Counted from the whole stretch's first letter, positions 41,220 through 54,394 are shown. The stretch is 63,935 nucleotides of DNA, filler included, from Reticulomyxa filosa (GCA_000512085.1; 18 parts of 18 records of this genome joined end to end with filler, not necessarily neighbours in it); one strand, 5' to 3'. A program made the numbers and translations. The notes: generated by a model from the sequence alone, not told the origin.

Positions 41220-43370
41220 ATGTCAGGTTTTCTAGATGCATATTCTGCATTTATTTTGTATGAAGTATTTGTCGTTATAACTGAAATCATCTTAGTTCCT
41301 TTTTTGTGTTACTTGTTATTCAATTTTTGGAAATATCGAAAGTTAGAGTTCATTCACCGAAGAAGACCACTCTTGACAGTAGTATTGGTCGTTTGCACGA
41401 TTTTGCAATTTAGTAGTTTAGTGAAAAGGCGATATATGAACATATGTAAGTATACATATACGGTACATACAAATATAAACCAATCCACACCCAAATAAAA
41501 ATATTCAAAAAAAAAGTAATACTTCCGATATGCGCATATAAATTGATGTTTGGCGCAAATTCCTTTGAACAAAAGCTATACAAATGGATTGGCTTGTCGG
41601 CATTAATCCACGAGGCATTGCTCGTGCCTCGTTTTTGGTTTTTGTATTTTGACTGGCAATTAGGTATGGATTTGAGTAAGTTAGAATGGACACGACAGTT
41701 GTATTTGGGTCGGTTGTATGAAAAAGAGCGAGTCGTCGCGCTGATCTCCTCTTCAATGTCTTCCTCGTCTTCGTCTCGTCCGCCATTGCAAAGCATCAAG
41801 AAAACGGACGTGGGTGTAGCAGGTGCAGGTATTGACGCAAGTACAATTACAGATGCAAATGGAAACGCAGGTGCAAATACAGATCTAAACATAATAGAAG
41901 AGGAGTCACTAGGTGTTGTTTTACAAAAGAAAACGGTGATGCAAAACAAGATTTTAGAGCCAAAGGTGGAACACGAAACTGATTTGAAGAAAGTGTTGGT
42001 GGTGGAAAATTCCGTAGTGAACCCATTTACAAAAGTAGAAACGCTTCGCTGGACATTGCGATATCGTTATTTTCTTGGTAACACACAAATTGTATTGGCC
42101 ATTGTTGTTATCTATTTTCTGATATATTTAGGGGGCGCCGCACTTATTCATTTCTTTGAAAGTGTCCTCGACGCCGTCTCCTTTGTCATTGTCTATGTCG
42201 CTTTTACGGACGTTGTCCTGTTGGTTTGCGCTTGTAAAATTACTGGCTGTTGTGATTTATTGGAAATTCAAAGTTTTTTTTTTTGCAAATGTCCCCCTCC
42301 ATAAATAAAATATATGTGTTAAACGTATAATAACAAACACAAATTTTTTTTTTTTTTAAAACATGTGTGTAAAAGGAGAATTAAAGATGACAGTAGCAAA
42401 TATAATGGTGTGGGAAACACTGATGGCGATTGGCTTGAGTGCATTTTATTCGACGAAATTTGAGAAGCAACTGTGTGTACTGCTATGTGAGAGTTGTCTG
42501 CTTTGCATAAACACGTGTATCATGCTGCGTCCCAAAGACTTGTATTACCGCGTGAAGAGACACAACTTGGACTGCTCTCTGAGAGAGCTGCGAGGTGTTG
42601 CTGCAACAGCTGCTCTCGTATCAATGTGGAAAATGTGTCGTATACGTAACCGATACGAAGTAGAGTACCAAATTATGAAAAAACATCCGTCGTTGAGTGT
42701 GCGTTCAGTATCGCAGTTAAGTAGTTTGGGATCGACGGAACACGAGAAAGAGCAGGAGAATCAATTGGCGATTGAGCGCAGTAAGCAGTTGACATTGGAG
42801 CAAGTGTTGACGAATGAAAATGGATTTGAGCTATTTGCTTCGCATTTGGTTAAGGAGTTGGCATTGGAAAATATTTTGTATTTAGTGGAATATATGCAAT
42901 TGAAGCACTTCATTTTCATTCGTCAATCGCAATTGCTTACCACTTCTGCTGGTAACAAAAATCGTGCTACTGGCGGTGCTAGCCAGCCCATCGGCAATCA
43001 TGACGCCCTTGGTTTACGTATCGATATTTGTCCGACCATTGTCGTTCACAGTTTACATCCCCACTTATTACGCATTGATATTCCTTTAACAACTTCGTGG
43101 CAGATTTGCTTGGATATGTTTCACTATTTGTATTCTCATTACATTATGGACGGATCTGTGGCCCGCTTGAATCTCTCTTTTGATTCCTGCACTTGTATTC
43201 AACAAGCCATGGCGCGCTTACATTTTCATTCGTCCGTTGATGTTTTGCCTCCCTTGTTGGAGGCCTTCGATACTGCCGCTTTTAGCGTTCTTCGTTTGTT
43301 AAAAGGGGACTCCTTTCGCAGATTTCAGAGAACTCCAGAGTGCATCAGATATTGTGAAGAGTTGGCCTAA
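41220..43370 (+). CDS. 7TM-RGS protein (seven predicted TM segments fused to an RGS domain), three exons
   Basis: Introns 41416-41516 and 42273-42375 (both phase 1, GT..AG). FIHRRRP after TM1 and DLLEIQ|RELK before TM6. RGS motifs LEQVL...GFELFASHLVKELALENILY, YIMDGSVARLNLS, FDTA...VLRLLKGDSFRRF. Confidence 0.85.
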
Positions 43371-44814
43371 ATACATTATCTTTTTTAAAATAGATTTTGG
43401 AGGATAAAGAAGAAAGGAAATATCGGGTTGAAAAAGGTGCGCATTACTCTTTTTGCTCTTATTCTTGGTGTTGTTGTATTTGTAAATTTTTCATTTCTTA
43501 TTTTTTTATTTTTTATGTATTGCTATCGTTCGTCCATGCCCCCTTTTGCTTTGTCCCTTGGTAACGAAAAAATCGTGTTAGTGAAACTTTTTTTAACAAC
43601 TTCGCTTTTTTTATTTTGTCAAAAATTAAAAGGAGGAAAGTATCATCACAATAGATCAACCGAAAAAGATAACATGTGATGCAGTGCAATATAATCTCTC
43701 ACACGTCACAAGAAATTTTTAAAAAAATCATTATATGTTCTTGTGCCGGTTAATACTTTTTTGGTGCGCGCTATCTGAAAGTGGTTAAAAACAACTACGT
43801 ACATGAAATTGCAATAATTCTTTTTTTAGAGTTTTAGTCTCTTGTTGAAAGTACAAGGAAGAGCCACAAGGAAGAGCCACTGAACATTTTTGTTACCAGA
43901 TGTACAGAAAAATCTTAACTTTCTTACTGCAGAAGGGAAGCTAACTATCGAGTATTTCCAATTACTGCATAAAAATATATTCAAAAAATCGAGTAATGAA
44001 AGACCCTACTGCGCTGTTTCCAAAAATTAACACCAACAATTAGTTTAACGAATGCTCAAAAATGAAAAAATGGAATTCTAGTAACATCAGCAACTCAAAT
44101 TTTTAGTTTCAATTCTAGAAAAAATTTGCAAAGTTAATGTTATATTTATTTTTGCTACTACACAATGTTTTTTCTTCTGTTCTCACAAACAGAAACTCGT
44201 GAAAGAACAGAAAAAAACTTGGTAACACCCGTGGATTCGAATTATGATCAAACACCAATCAAATGAAAATGTGATGAATGATCTCAAATTCTTCAGAAGG
44301 TACTTTCCATCTGGTTGATATAGATGTAAACGAAGACTGTTTAGCGTCGATGGTTCAACTCCTGTAAAGGATAATCATTACCAATGTTTTTATACAATTA
44401 AGACAGGGCTATCTTATGAAATAAAAGCCAAAAAAATTAGACAACATGCAACAAGTTTAGAAGATTTAATTAATCGAAGCGAATGTGCAATGACGAGTAA
44501 TGAAATAATAAATTTGGTGGCCGAATTACAAAAATAGTTGATAACAGTTGTAAAACAACACAAAATGAAAGATAGCGTGAGGTTATTGGAAAAGATTAAA
44601 TATGATTATAGCGGAGATTATAATTAAGTGTTTGATATTGGAAGATTCACTATTTTATGTGATAACTCTATCAAATTACAAACTGCAGTTGCAGTGATGA
44701 AGAAAGCCGAAAAATTTAATTGTTTCTGAAGATAAAGATTTCTTCGAGAAGCAATCAAAAACGCATCACAGATTCCACAACATCAGATTATATGTACCAA
44801 AGCACGATGTTTCT

Positions 44815-45830
44815 GTGGAAATGCAGGCAACATTGAAAAATTTTACAACATTGGAAGGATACACTGCCATTGAAAATCCAAAATTAAGTCATTCTCTTTA
44901 TGAATACATTAGAGCATGGAAGCCAAGTAATTCGAAAGAAGAAGAGCTGAAACTATATATCACATTGCAGGCAAATAGCTATCCACCTATGGACGATGAT
45001 AATCAAAAACATGAAACATTTGATTGTCTTCAGTGTGTGATTGCATTTTTGGAAAGAGAAAAAAAAATGAACACCAAAAAAATGTAATGATAATTCAAGG
45101 AAAATCAGGATCGGGAAAAAGTTTATTTTGTCGATATTTGGAAGAAGTACTATGGGATAATTATATCCTTGATTCAAAGCAACATATTCCAGTTTGCATT
45201 TCACTTGCAAAGAATTACAACAAACAAAATGAAAAGGATATCATTCTTCACGCTTTACAAGAAAAACACATAAGTAAGGAAACTATGAACGCAATTCGTG
45301 AAAAGTATCGTTTGTGTTATCATGGACAAATTTGATGAAATATTTGATATTTATTACAAAAGTGATTATGACAAATATTTTTATGATCGATTCAATTTGG
45401 ATCGATGGAAAGCAAAAGTTATAACCTATCGAAGTAATGTACTGAGCGATAATGATATTAACACTACCTTAATTGGTGTACCTCAAAACTACATATCCAT
45501 GATATACTTATGGCCATTTACAAAACAGCAAATGGACAATTACATTGAAAAATTCGCAAAAATAAAAACAAAAAAAAATATATCAATGAGAATGATAATA
45601 ACTGGACATCAAAACAATACGAGGAAACATTAAATGATTATCCAAATTTACAAAAAATGGTGGAAGAGCCATTCCTTCTTCATTTTATTTTGAATATACT
45701 GCCATGTTGATAAAACAATATGGCGCGGGCAGCAAAATATCCAGAACAAAAGTCTATGAAGTATTTAATATAGTTTTCTAAATTAGCAGAACTAAGAATT
45801 CAAAGTAACATCCAAATATATCAAATCCTA
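44815..45830 (+). pseudogene. NACHT/STAND-type P-loop NTPase pseudogene
   Basis: LYITLQA, VMIIQGKSGSGKSLFCRYLE (Walker A), IPVCISL, VIMDKFDE (Walker B), YLWPFTKQQMDNYI, EEPFLL, spread over at least four frames. Stop-containing remnants extend upstream. Confidence 0.8.
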
Positions 45831-46090
45831 AATTAAAATAATATTATTTTAATTTAGGATTTGANNNNNNNNNNNNNNNNNNNNNNNNNNNNNNNNNNNN
45901 NNNNNNNNTTAATTAATTAANNNNNNNNNNNNNNNNNNNNNNNNNNNNNNNNNNNNNNNNNNNNATTTTTTCTTCCCTACGTTGATTATTGTTAAGTGTA
46001 GTTTGTTTTCTTTTCTCCAAAAAAAAAAAAATATGATATGTATATCTTTCTCATTGTTTGAAACATACAAAAAAAAAAAAAAAAAAAAAG

Positions 46091-47382
46091 TAAACAGCTG
46101 TTTGACAGTGTTTTTGATGGTCGGGAGAAATCGTGAATTCCTCAAACGAATATTGAAAAGCAAATGTTGCCAGTGTTGCACTTGCATGTCTTGCTTTGTT
46201 TGCTGTTGTGTATACTATTCGTTTCGTACGTGCTCCGATACGTTTGGCCGTTCGACATCGGACACGATTGACAACACGAAGCACCACATTGTGTTGACAG
46301 CCGCCACAGCAGTGAACGAAGACACGACAGTCGCGTCCTCTGGACCGCAGAAAGAAGACGAGAGCATACAGCACGGCGATCGACAACAACAACAACCACA
46401 TGCGGAAGCCAACGGCAGTGGAGATCGCTCGCAGAATGGAGCGACCAACAATGCCATGACAATAAAGATAAACTCGCCGAAAAATAAACCGACTGATGTG
46501 TCGCAACATATTCGCGAGACGATTAAGTTGACGATTGCTCTCACTCAAACATTTGACATGGACAAGGAAGAGACCCACAAAGGCAGAAAGAGTCCAGTCG
46601 AATCGCTGCAGGACGGCGATGTGTCGCCCAATCTTCCCGAGGCCAACTCTCTCGATCGTGACTTGACCGAATGCCATGACCAAGAATGGGACGGCAAAAG
46701 CGACAACTCGATTGTCAATGAGCCAAGTGCATTCATGTGGCATTTGCAATTGTATGGAGTGGAATCGTCCAAATCGCAATCCTTTTCCAATGCACCTTTA
46801 CCTTCACCTCCACCATTGGCCTTGTCTTCAATGGACTCTTTGTCCAAGCACTCTCAACGTCGCAATCATTATCATAGCAATGATAATAATAATAATGATA
46901 ATAATAATAACAATAACAATAACAATAATAATAATAATAATAATAATGACGATAAAATTAATAATAAGAAAATTCTCGAGGAAAATTCCCCTTTTCATAA
47001 ATCACACATTTTTAACAAATCTAAAAATCCACACAATCCACACTCCGGCGAACATCTGCATGTACCGACATCCAATGCGTTCTTATCCTCTCCAAGTCAC
47101 AGTGCGGAAAATGCCAGCTTAACTCTTGAAATGAGTGTCAAAAGCACTTCCTTGCATCTTGCTCCGAGCCATTTCAATCACAATAACGAGTCTTTTGACA
47201 ACAAATTTGACTATCGTACCTCTGTTTCCAATGCTTTATTGCTTGGAAAAATCGGTGCTCTTCATGATCTGCAAAGAGTTGAAAGTGCACAATCGGATGA
47301 CTTACAATCTTTTCATCGTCCTATTGATCATGCAAAAGATGTTGAAGAAAGCGACGACGATAGCTACGAAACGCATTTATAA
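46091..47382 (+). CDS. Terminal exon of an unidentified protein with a Cys-rich juxtamembrane cluster and long disordered tail
   Basis: Acceptor at 46090. NSCLTVFLMVGRNREFL..KCCQCCTCMSCFVCCC is followed by ~380 aa of S/N/D-rich sequence including a poly-N tract. Confidence 0.6.
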
Positions 47383-48293
47383 AATCCACATTTTTTTTAA
47401 TTAAAAACACATCCAGTTTTTTTTTTTTTTTGATAAATAGTTAAATACTCGTTCTTTTTTTTTTTTTCCTTTGTCGATCTTTTTTCTTTTCCTTTTTCTT
47501 TTTTCCTTTTTTCGGTCGTGTATCTTTCTTGTTTGTGCGGTAATTGACCAACGTTTTTGTGGTTGATCAAACTAAAAAAGACCACAAATGTCGCATTTAG
47601 TGGTCTTCAGTTGTTGACTCATACCAAACACAAAAACCAAAAACTTTCATCGCCATGATTTACGAATGCAATTCACTTTAAAATAGTCTTGGAAAAGCAA
47701 ATGCCAAAACAAAGATTCTGGGTCTAATTTATCTTAACAAATCAAAATATACTAAGTTGCAATAAAGAAGCTGCATCAAGCCACAAATTGCTTAATTAAA
47801 TTTAACGCCCATCTTAACAAAGAGATTAATTTATTGATTTATTGATTATGTCAATGATAAACAAAACAACTAATCAATCAAATAATACTGCCACCAAACT
47901 AAAAACAATTGAAAACGCATAAATAGAAGTAAAGCGGAAACATTTAAATATTATGTGTCTGATATTTAATATACTTTGTAAGTGTGATCTTCTAAAATTT
48001 GTTTAATTTTGATTTTTATTAACGAGTTCGAAAGTCAAGTTCATGCAAGTTGTAATGGTAAAAAAAATTATACGTGTCGAGAACGAAGAAAGAATAGCTC
48101 AATGTACTTCTCTGATGCCCCTGTACTATCCAAAAAAATTGAACAAAAACACTCAGGCCAGACAAAGGGGTTGTGAAGAATTTTTCTAAATAAATTGAGG
48201 GCGTCCGAGGTGGATATCCCTCTTGAATTGTGAAATTTATTTAAATAGAAGTCAAACGAAGAAAACATGCAAAAATTTTTCTCACTTACGGCA

Positions 48294-49106
48294 ATGGAAA
48301 GTCTTATTTCAGAAAATAGAAGTTATTTACAACTCACACAGCGACAAATCAAACAAATACAAACAAACAAATACAAGCAAACATTGAAACGACAAATTTG
48401 CAAACAGAAATTGGCTTGCTACTGACTGGATTGGGGGTACTGTTCCTGGTTCTTGGCGTCATACTATTTTTTGATAGAGCACTGCTTGCACTTGGAAATG
48501 TAAGTTTGGTATCCTTTTATCGTCGATTAAAATAGCCCACAAATAAAACAGAAATAACACAACGAAAAATGAAAACTGAACAGCTGTTATTCTTACTGGG
48601 ATTAGTATTTGTAATAGGCATCGATCGAACAATAAAATTTTTTTTTCGGAAGCAAAGATTACCTGGTACAATCAGCTTTTTCCTTGGAGCATTCTTAGTT
48701 CTCTGTGGTTGGACTTTCATTGGTATTTTGGTTGAATTGTTCGGACTTGTTAATTTATTCAAGTTCGTCAATATCCTCTTTCAATACATACAATTTATTT
48801 TGTGATATTTTATGAAATTAATCAAATAATAAGAAAAACATAATTCTTTTCCTTGTTCATGTCAAAAACTTGGAATTGCTTTGTAACAATTAGAAACTTT
48901 TTTCCACAAATCCTTGGTTGGTTAACACGCTTGCCTGTAATTGGGCCCATGTTACGCTCCCCATTATTCCAAAAAGTTTGGTTAATTCTGAATTTTCACC
49001 TTTGTCCACCCCAAAGACAGATTTTTATTATTTATATTTGCACGATGCAAAAAAAAGCCATATTCACCTTCTCATGTTGAAGACTTTGCGTGTATTGTTG
49101 GGATGA
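48294..49106 (+). CDS. GOT1: Got1/GOLT1 vesicle transport protein, five exons
   Basis: MESLISENRK|IGLLLTGLGVLFLVLGVILFFDRALLALGN|LLFLLGL..IG..RT.KFF...GT..FFLG..LV..GWTFIGILVELFGLVNLF|NFFP.I..WL.RLPVIG. The symbol refers to yeast Got1p, not the aminotransferase. Confidence 0.92.
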
Positions 49107-49581
49107 CGTGAGATGGTAATAGATTATCAAGAGGTTTCGGGGTCCAATTTTGGCGACACAGAATACTGACTAAAACAAACGAAAGCAACTCTACAGAGTA
49201 CTTGCGCTATGCATCCAACAGTTCCATAGTTTTTTGCTAAAGACATAAGACATTCATTAACTTTGTTCTAGAAATTGCAACTGAGACGTTGCAAATAAAA
49301 AATTGTTTGTGAAAGTGCTTTTTTTGTAGATTGCCAACATGTTTGTTTTAATCTATCTCAAATCCAATATTTTATTTCAAAAAACTTCTTCCTGATTGGT
49401 TGCAGTTAGTTCAAACTATTTTCCAAAGTTGTTATCCGATTTGGAAAAACAACAAATTAAAGTTTCGCTGCGCACATGAAAGAAAATGCTTCGCATGGAC
49501 ACTTTTTTCACTGAAAAAAAGTGAGCCAATAACAAACAATATTCTCCACAATAAAAAAAAAACTACGCAAAATGAAATCAA

Positions 49582-50960
49582 TCACCCAGAAAAGGTTAGA
49601 GTTCTCATTGTCATTTCTATCTCATTTTCGCTATCCATAGATGAGCCCATGACAATGACCACACGGTCACGAGGCTATAACCAGAAAGAAAATAAACCAC
49701 ACAAAGAAATATTTGTAATGAACAATGCAAACAGCACTTGCTTTTTTTTATGTTGTTAAGTAGTGTTTACCTGCAAAATCTTAGCAGCGTGAGCAACCTG
49801 CATAGCTTTAGAAATAAGTGAGTCAGTTTCGGTCATGGATAATACCAGCATCGGGAATGATGCTTGTACTAGCATACAATGACGAGCAATTTTGTTGTTA
49901 TCTGTGATAGTCAAAACATGGCAGCTTGGTCGATATTTAGCAATGTATCTTACCATTCTCCCACTTTGAGTGAATACCATGATCAAAGCACATTTCGAAT
50001 CCAAAGCCGTCTTTACGGCTGATGACGCAATGGATTCGTGAGAAGAAAGTTTGTTCAATATATTATTTATTGGTTGTCCCCGTCTAAAGAATATCTGAAA
50101 TTTCTGTGTCGTCTCTTCTGTTCTAATCCCAACCTTGTCACGACCAGCATCATCACTTTTAAGACTATCACGTTTCTTCATAAGAGGAGAAGAAAGGGGG
50201 TGAAAAAAAACAAACCAAACTTTTTTTTTAAAAAAATTTTAACTTGAAAAATTTCAAAGATAAAAGAGTACCTCCGTGGTCCCTTTACTGGAAAGTGATT
50301 GCCGTGGTGTACCTCGATTAGATTGTGAAAATCCATCCACCATCATACGAAATAGAGTGGTGAATGAGTTTGCAGGAACTTTGGACGGATTGTTACTGTC
50401 ATTTAAGCTCACGATTGCCCGTTCCATGCTTTGTCGACCATACATATGTTGAAACAATGCAATATAATTTATAACATTTTCTGTTTCTTTGATGGTCACT
50501 ATCAGCTGTTCCAGCATCATTTTGATTTCGATCTGATTTTGAGTTGGAGACTTACGAATCATTCCACTTGACGGAATTGCAAGAAGAGGTGGTGTTGCCG
50601 GTTTCTCTAGACTCGACAATTCCACATCGTCCTCGAATGGGTTTATTAATGAAGACGATCGTGAAAGTCCTTTTTTTTTTTTTTTCCCGATTGAACATAA
50701 TGAGAAAAAAAAAAAAAAAAAATCAATACATATACAACTATGTATATATGTATATGTATTTATATACAATATAACAACAAAAAAAAAATCTAACCAGATT
50801 TATTGAACGAAACAAAATCAACAAATTTAAATTCCCTTTCGTTTGTCAAAATGATTCCATCGACGCCTTGAAAGATAATATTTTGTACAGGATCGTCACT
50901 TTGTAAGACAAGGTTCATAATTCCAATATATCCTTGACTTGTCTCCTCCTCATTTTTGTT
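49582..50960 (-). CDS. Pyruvate-kinase-like protein, C-terminal part with long insertions; 5' partial
   Basis: ESIASSAVKTALD...IMVFTQSGRMVRYIAKYRPSCHVLTIT...IARHCML...P and DRVVIVMG (PK C domain). Upstream QNIIFQGVDGIILTNE and TIKETENVINY align with PK NAVLDGxDxxMLSGE and ICxEAE. Confidence 0.75.
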
Positions 50961-51166
50961 TTCTTTTTCCTTTTCTTTTTCTTTTTCTTTTTCTTTTTCT
51001 TTNNNNNNNNNNNNNNNNNNNNNNNNNNNNNNNNNNNNNNNNNNNNTTAATTAATTAANNNNNNNNNNNNNNNNNNNNNNNNNNNNNNNNNNNNNNNNNN
51101 NNTAATACATAATAACAACAAATAAATATCCGATAGCCACTAAATGAAAAAAACAAAAAACTTAAC

Positions 51167-51263
51167 ATAATTGGAAACAAGTTTGTCAAAATCTTTGATC
51201 CACCCTAATTTAATATTAAATATTCAAATCCAATGTTGAATAATTAATTGGATTTCTTTTAAC
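51167..51263 (-). pseudogene. Exon encoding the conserved family box (WD40/kelch-like families) with in-frame stop
   Basis: KEIQLIIQHWI*IFNIKLGWIKDFDKLVSNY followed by a GT donor. Confidence 0.7.
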
Positions 51264-52201
51264 TGATTCAATCACAATTACAAATTATATGCAATAAAAC
51301 CTAAAGGCAACTTGTTTTTTTAAACTTGAAATAAGGCTTACATGAAAGTGTGTTGAAATTTCTTTTCCTTTTTAATTGTGGTCATTTTTCAGTACCTTTT
51401 TTTTTTGTCTTGAACTTGTTTTAAATGATGTAAGATGAATAAATGGTTAAACTTTTTTTCTCAAGATCAATGAAGGGGTCAAAAACACTTTGACGTAATG
51501 AAAAACAAAACTGAATAAATGCTTCGATTCTTTTCAATTCAAAGATATACATTTCAATAAATTTTTTTGAAAGAGTGTATGCATACGCTTGACAAAAGTT
51601 TTAAAAACACTTTAAAAAATGAAACATAATCTATAATTTGTACTAACAATATTTTACTTTTTTACGGCTGAAGTTTTATCATTTTGCTGCAATAGTACGT
51701 ATAAAATTATTAATGAAATGTAAAGTTTTTTCAAATTAAAAATATTTGTAGAAGACAATAATTTTGCTTAGATTTGGCAATGAATATCCTTTTGAATACT
51801 TTTGAGTTTTACAAAAGACATTCTTTGCACACATGTTTTGGGATAAAAAAATAAACAAATTGTGAAAATAACGTAACAATCGATGTAAAAATTTATCACT
51901 TTTAACTTAAAATGACTAAACTATCTTTTAATTGAACGAAAAATATTATGGATATAGACTAAAAAATCAATAAACACATTTCAAGATTCATATTTAAATC
52001 CCATTTTTGTGAGCACAAATAGAAAAAAATTGAAAAACTATAAGATAAAAACATTATCCTATCTTAAATTTGTATGATTAAAAAAGAAAGAAAAGAACAA
52101 AAATACAAAAGATATACTTATGAATTGAACTTGAAAAAAATATTTTTGAGTCCCCTTTTTAAAAAAATTATACAATGTAATAGTTTCTCAATCTTAACAA
52201 C

Positions 52202-53440
52202 ATGGGTAATCAAAATGCAAGTCATACTTCAACTCTCTTTCAAAGTTTGAAGGAGTTGCCCATTCCATTTTGGCAACATCAATGCATACTAAACAAAGAC
52301 GAACTCCTCATTTGTGGAGGTTGGAACCAAAAAAATTGTTATTCTTATCATACACTTAAAAACAAATACAAGTTTATCTGTAAGTATCCAACTGATACAT
52401 TACTTGGACACTGTGTAGTGAAACTAGTAGAAAATGGCAATAACAACAAAGATATCAATCAAATCACTTTGTTGTCTTTTGGTGGATTTTATAAACATAC
52501 ATTGATGATGAAATATGTAAGTGTTTGGAATGAAAATAAAATGAATAAATCGAAGAAATTAAAGACATCAAATAATTACAATGAATGGATTCCTTTCACA
52601 GACAATCACAATAATCCAATTATCATTGGAAGATATGAAGACAATTATTGGGGAGCGCGTGCAGTGATTGGTGGAAGCAATAGTCATTTGCTATTTATCA
52701 CTTATCGTGATAAAAATATTAGTATATTTAATTTAAATACATTTCAATTTATTAAACATGATACTTTACCAGCTGATAATGTAATATTTTACCATTGCTT
52801 TGTATCAACTCCAGAAAATGGACAAGGACAAAAAATGATAAAGACGAATAAAAAAATTTATGAAATGATATTGTTTTGTAAAAATACAGGATTATCAATT
52901 GAATATGATGAAGATAATAATACTCTTCAATTTCATCAACTACCTATTTGTGATGATATTGAACCACTTTTTGCATATGCATATGTGCGTATTAATGATA
53001 TCATTTTATTTTTTGGTGGGTATAATCACATTTATTCAAAATTAGTGTGTCAGTATTCAATACAAGAAAAAACGTGGATTACATTTAAGCATACTTTGCC
53101 TATTCCATTGTATCATTGTATTGGAATATTGAATAAAAACAACAACTGTATACATATTATCGGAGGAAATAATGATAAACATATAACAGTATCAACTCAC
53201 ATGAAGACAAAAATAAGTGAATGGAGGAATGCTTCAAATTTGGTAATTTCCATTTTCAATACTTTTGTGATTTTCTATTTTTTTATAATCAAATACGACT
53301 ACATTTTATTGTATAAAACTGAACAGTCAAACAATGAAATAAGACTTATTATTCAATATTGGATTCAAATTTTAAAGATAAAATTAGGATGGATTGATAG
53401 TTTTGATAAAATTATTATAAAATATATTAGAATAAGTTGA
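52202..53440 (+). CDS. Kelch-like beta-propeller protein of an expanded lineage-specific family
   Basis: ELLICGG..KNCYSYH, ILFFGGY, IHIIGG kelch-type blades. Probable in-frame intron at 53243-53326. C-terminal box EIRLIIQYWIQILKIKLGWIDSFDKIIIKY. Confidence 0.85.
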   Translation: MGNQNASHTSTLFQSLKELPIPFWQHQCILNKDELLICGGWNQKNCYSYHTLKNKYKFICKYPTDTLLGHCVVKLVENGNNNKDINQITLLSFGGFYKHTLMMKYVSVWNENKMNKSKKLKTSNNYNEWIPFTDNHNNPIIIGRYEDNYWGARAVIGGSNSHLLFITYRDKNISIFNLNTFQFIKHDTLPADNVIFYHCFVSTPENGQGQKMIKTNKKIYEMILFCKNTGLSIEYDEDNNTLQFHQLPICDDIEPLFAYAYVRINDIILFFGGYNHIYSKLVCQYSIQEKTWITFKHTLPIPLYHCIGILNKNNNCIHIIGGNNDKHITVSTHMKTKISEWRNASNLVISIFNTFVIFYFFIIKYDYILLYKTEQSNNEIRLIIQYWIQILKIKLGWIDSFDKIIIKYIRIS

Positions 53441-54394
53441 CCAGTAAGGATAATTAATTTGGATATTTGTAAATTTTTGAAAAAGTTGACAGTCTGTCTA
53501 ATGTTTTTCTAGTACATAAAGTTGTTTTCTTGAATGTATCTTATATTCGAATTGCACTCATAATGTGTTTTTTGAAATATTCAAATAAAATCATATAAAC
53601 AGCTTTTTATCTCATTTCGCGTAGCTTGAATTTGTAAAATTGATCATACAGTAAGTTGCAAAGAAAACTGAANNNNNNNNNNNNNNNNNNNNNNNNNNNN
53701 NNNNNNNNNNNNNNNNTTAATTAATTAANNNNNNNNNNNNNNNNNNNNNNNNNNNNNNNNNNNNNNNNNNNNCAAAATTAAATGAAAGACATTTGAGTGA
53801 TGATCAATGGATTAAACTATGAGATATTTTAGTGAAATTGAATGAGAGGCAATTGGAAGAGATTTTCAACGCCTTCATAAAATTCTTGAACACCAATCAC
53901 TTGAAAAAATATCTGTTGTTTGGGAATATAAAAAAAAAGAAATAGAATTATTTGCATTTGGTTTGCTGACATATAACGCACGGTATTGGACGTCAGAGAG
54001 TGCTTCCATTTTTCGAACTCCTTTTGAAAGTCTCATGGAATTGATTATGAAACACAAAAATGATAAGAATAATAAAGAGTATCTGCAAATGGATTCTTTG
54101 CAACCTACTGTAATTTGTTAAAACAATAAATAAAAATTTAGAAAAGTTGTTAGAAGGAAAAAATTTCAAAAATTATTGTCAGGAGGTAGTTTTTTTGTTG
54201 ACTTGCTTTAGTTGCAGTCATAATTTTCCATCTAAACTTTTTGTTTTTAATATTCCAACAAGTTTTTGTTTTTATTGTTATTCTTTGGCTTTTTCATGAC
54301 TCGCAAGCTGTCTGGAATACAACAATGAATTTTATTTGGATGAATACGTTTGAGAATGTCGTACTGTGAGGTTGGCCATCAATTTGTGATACAT

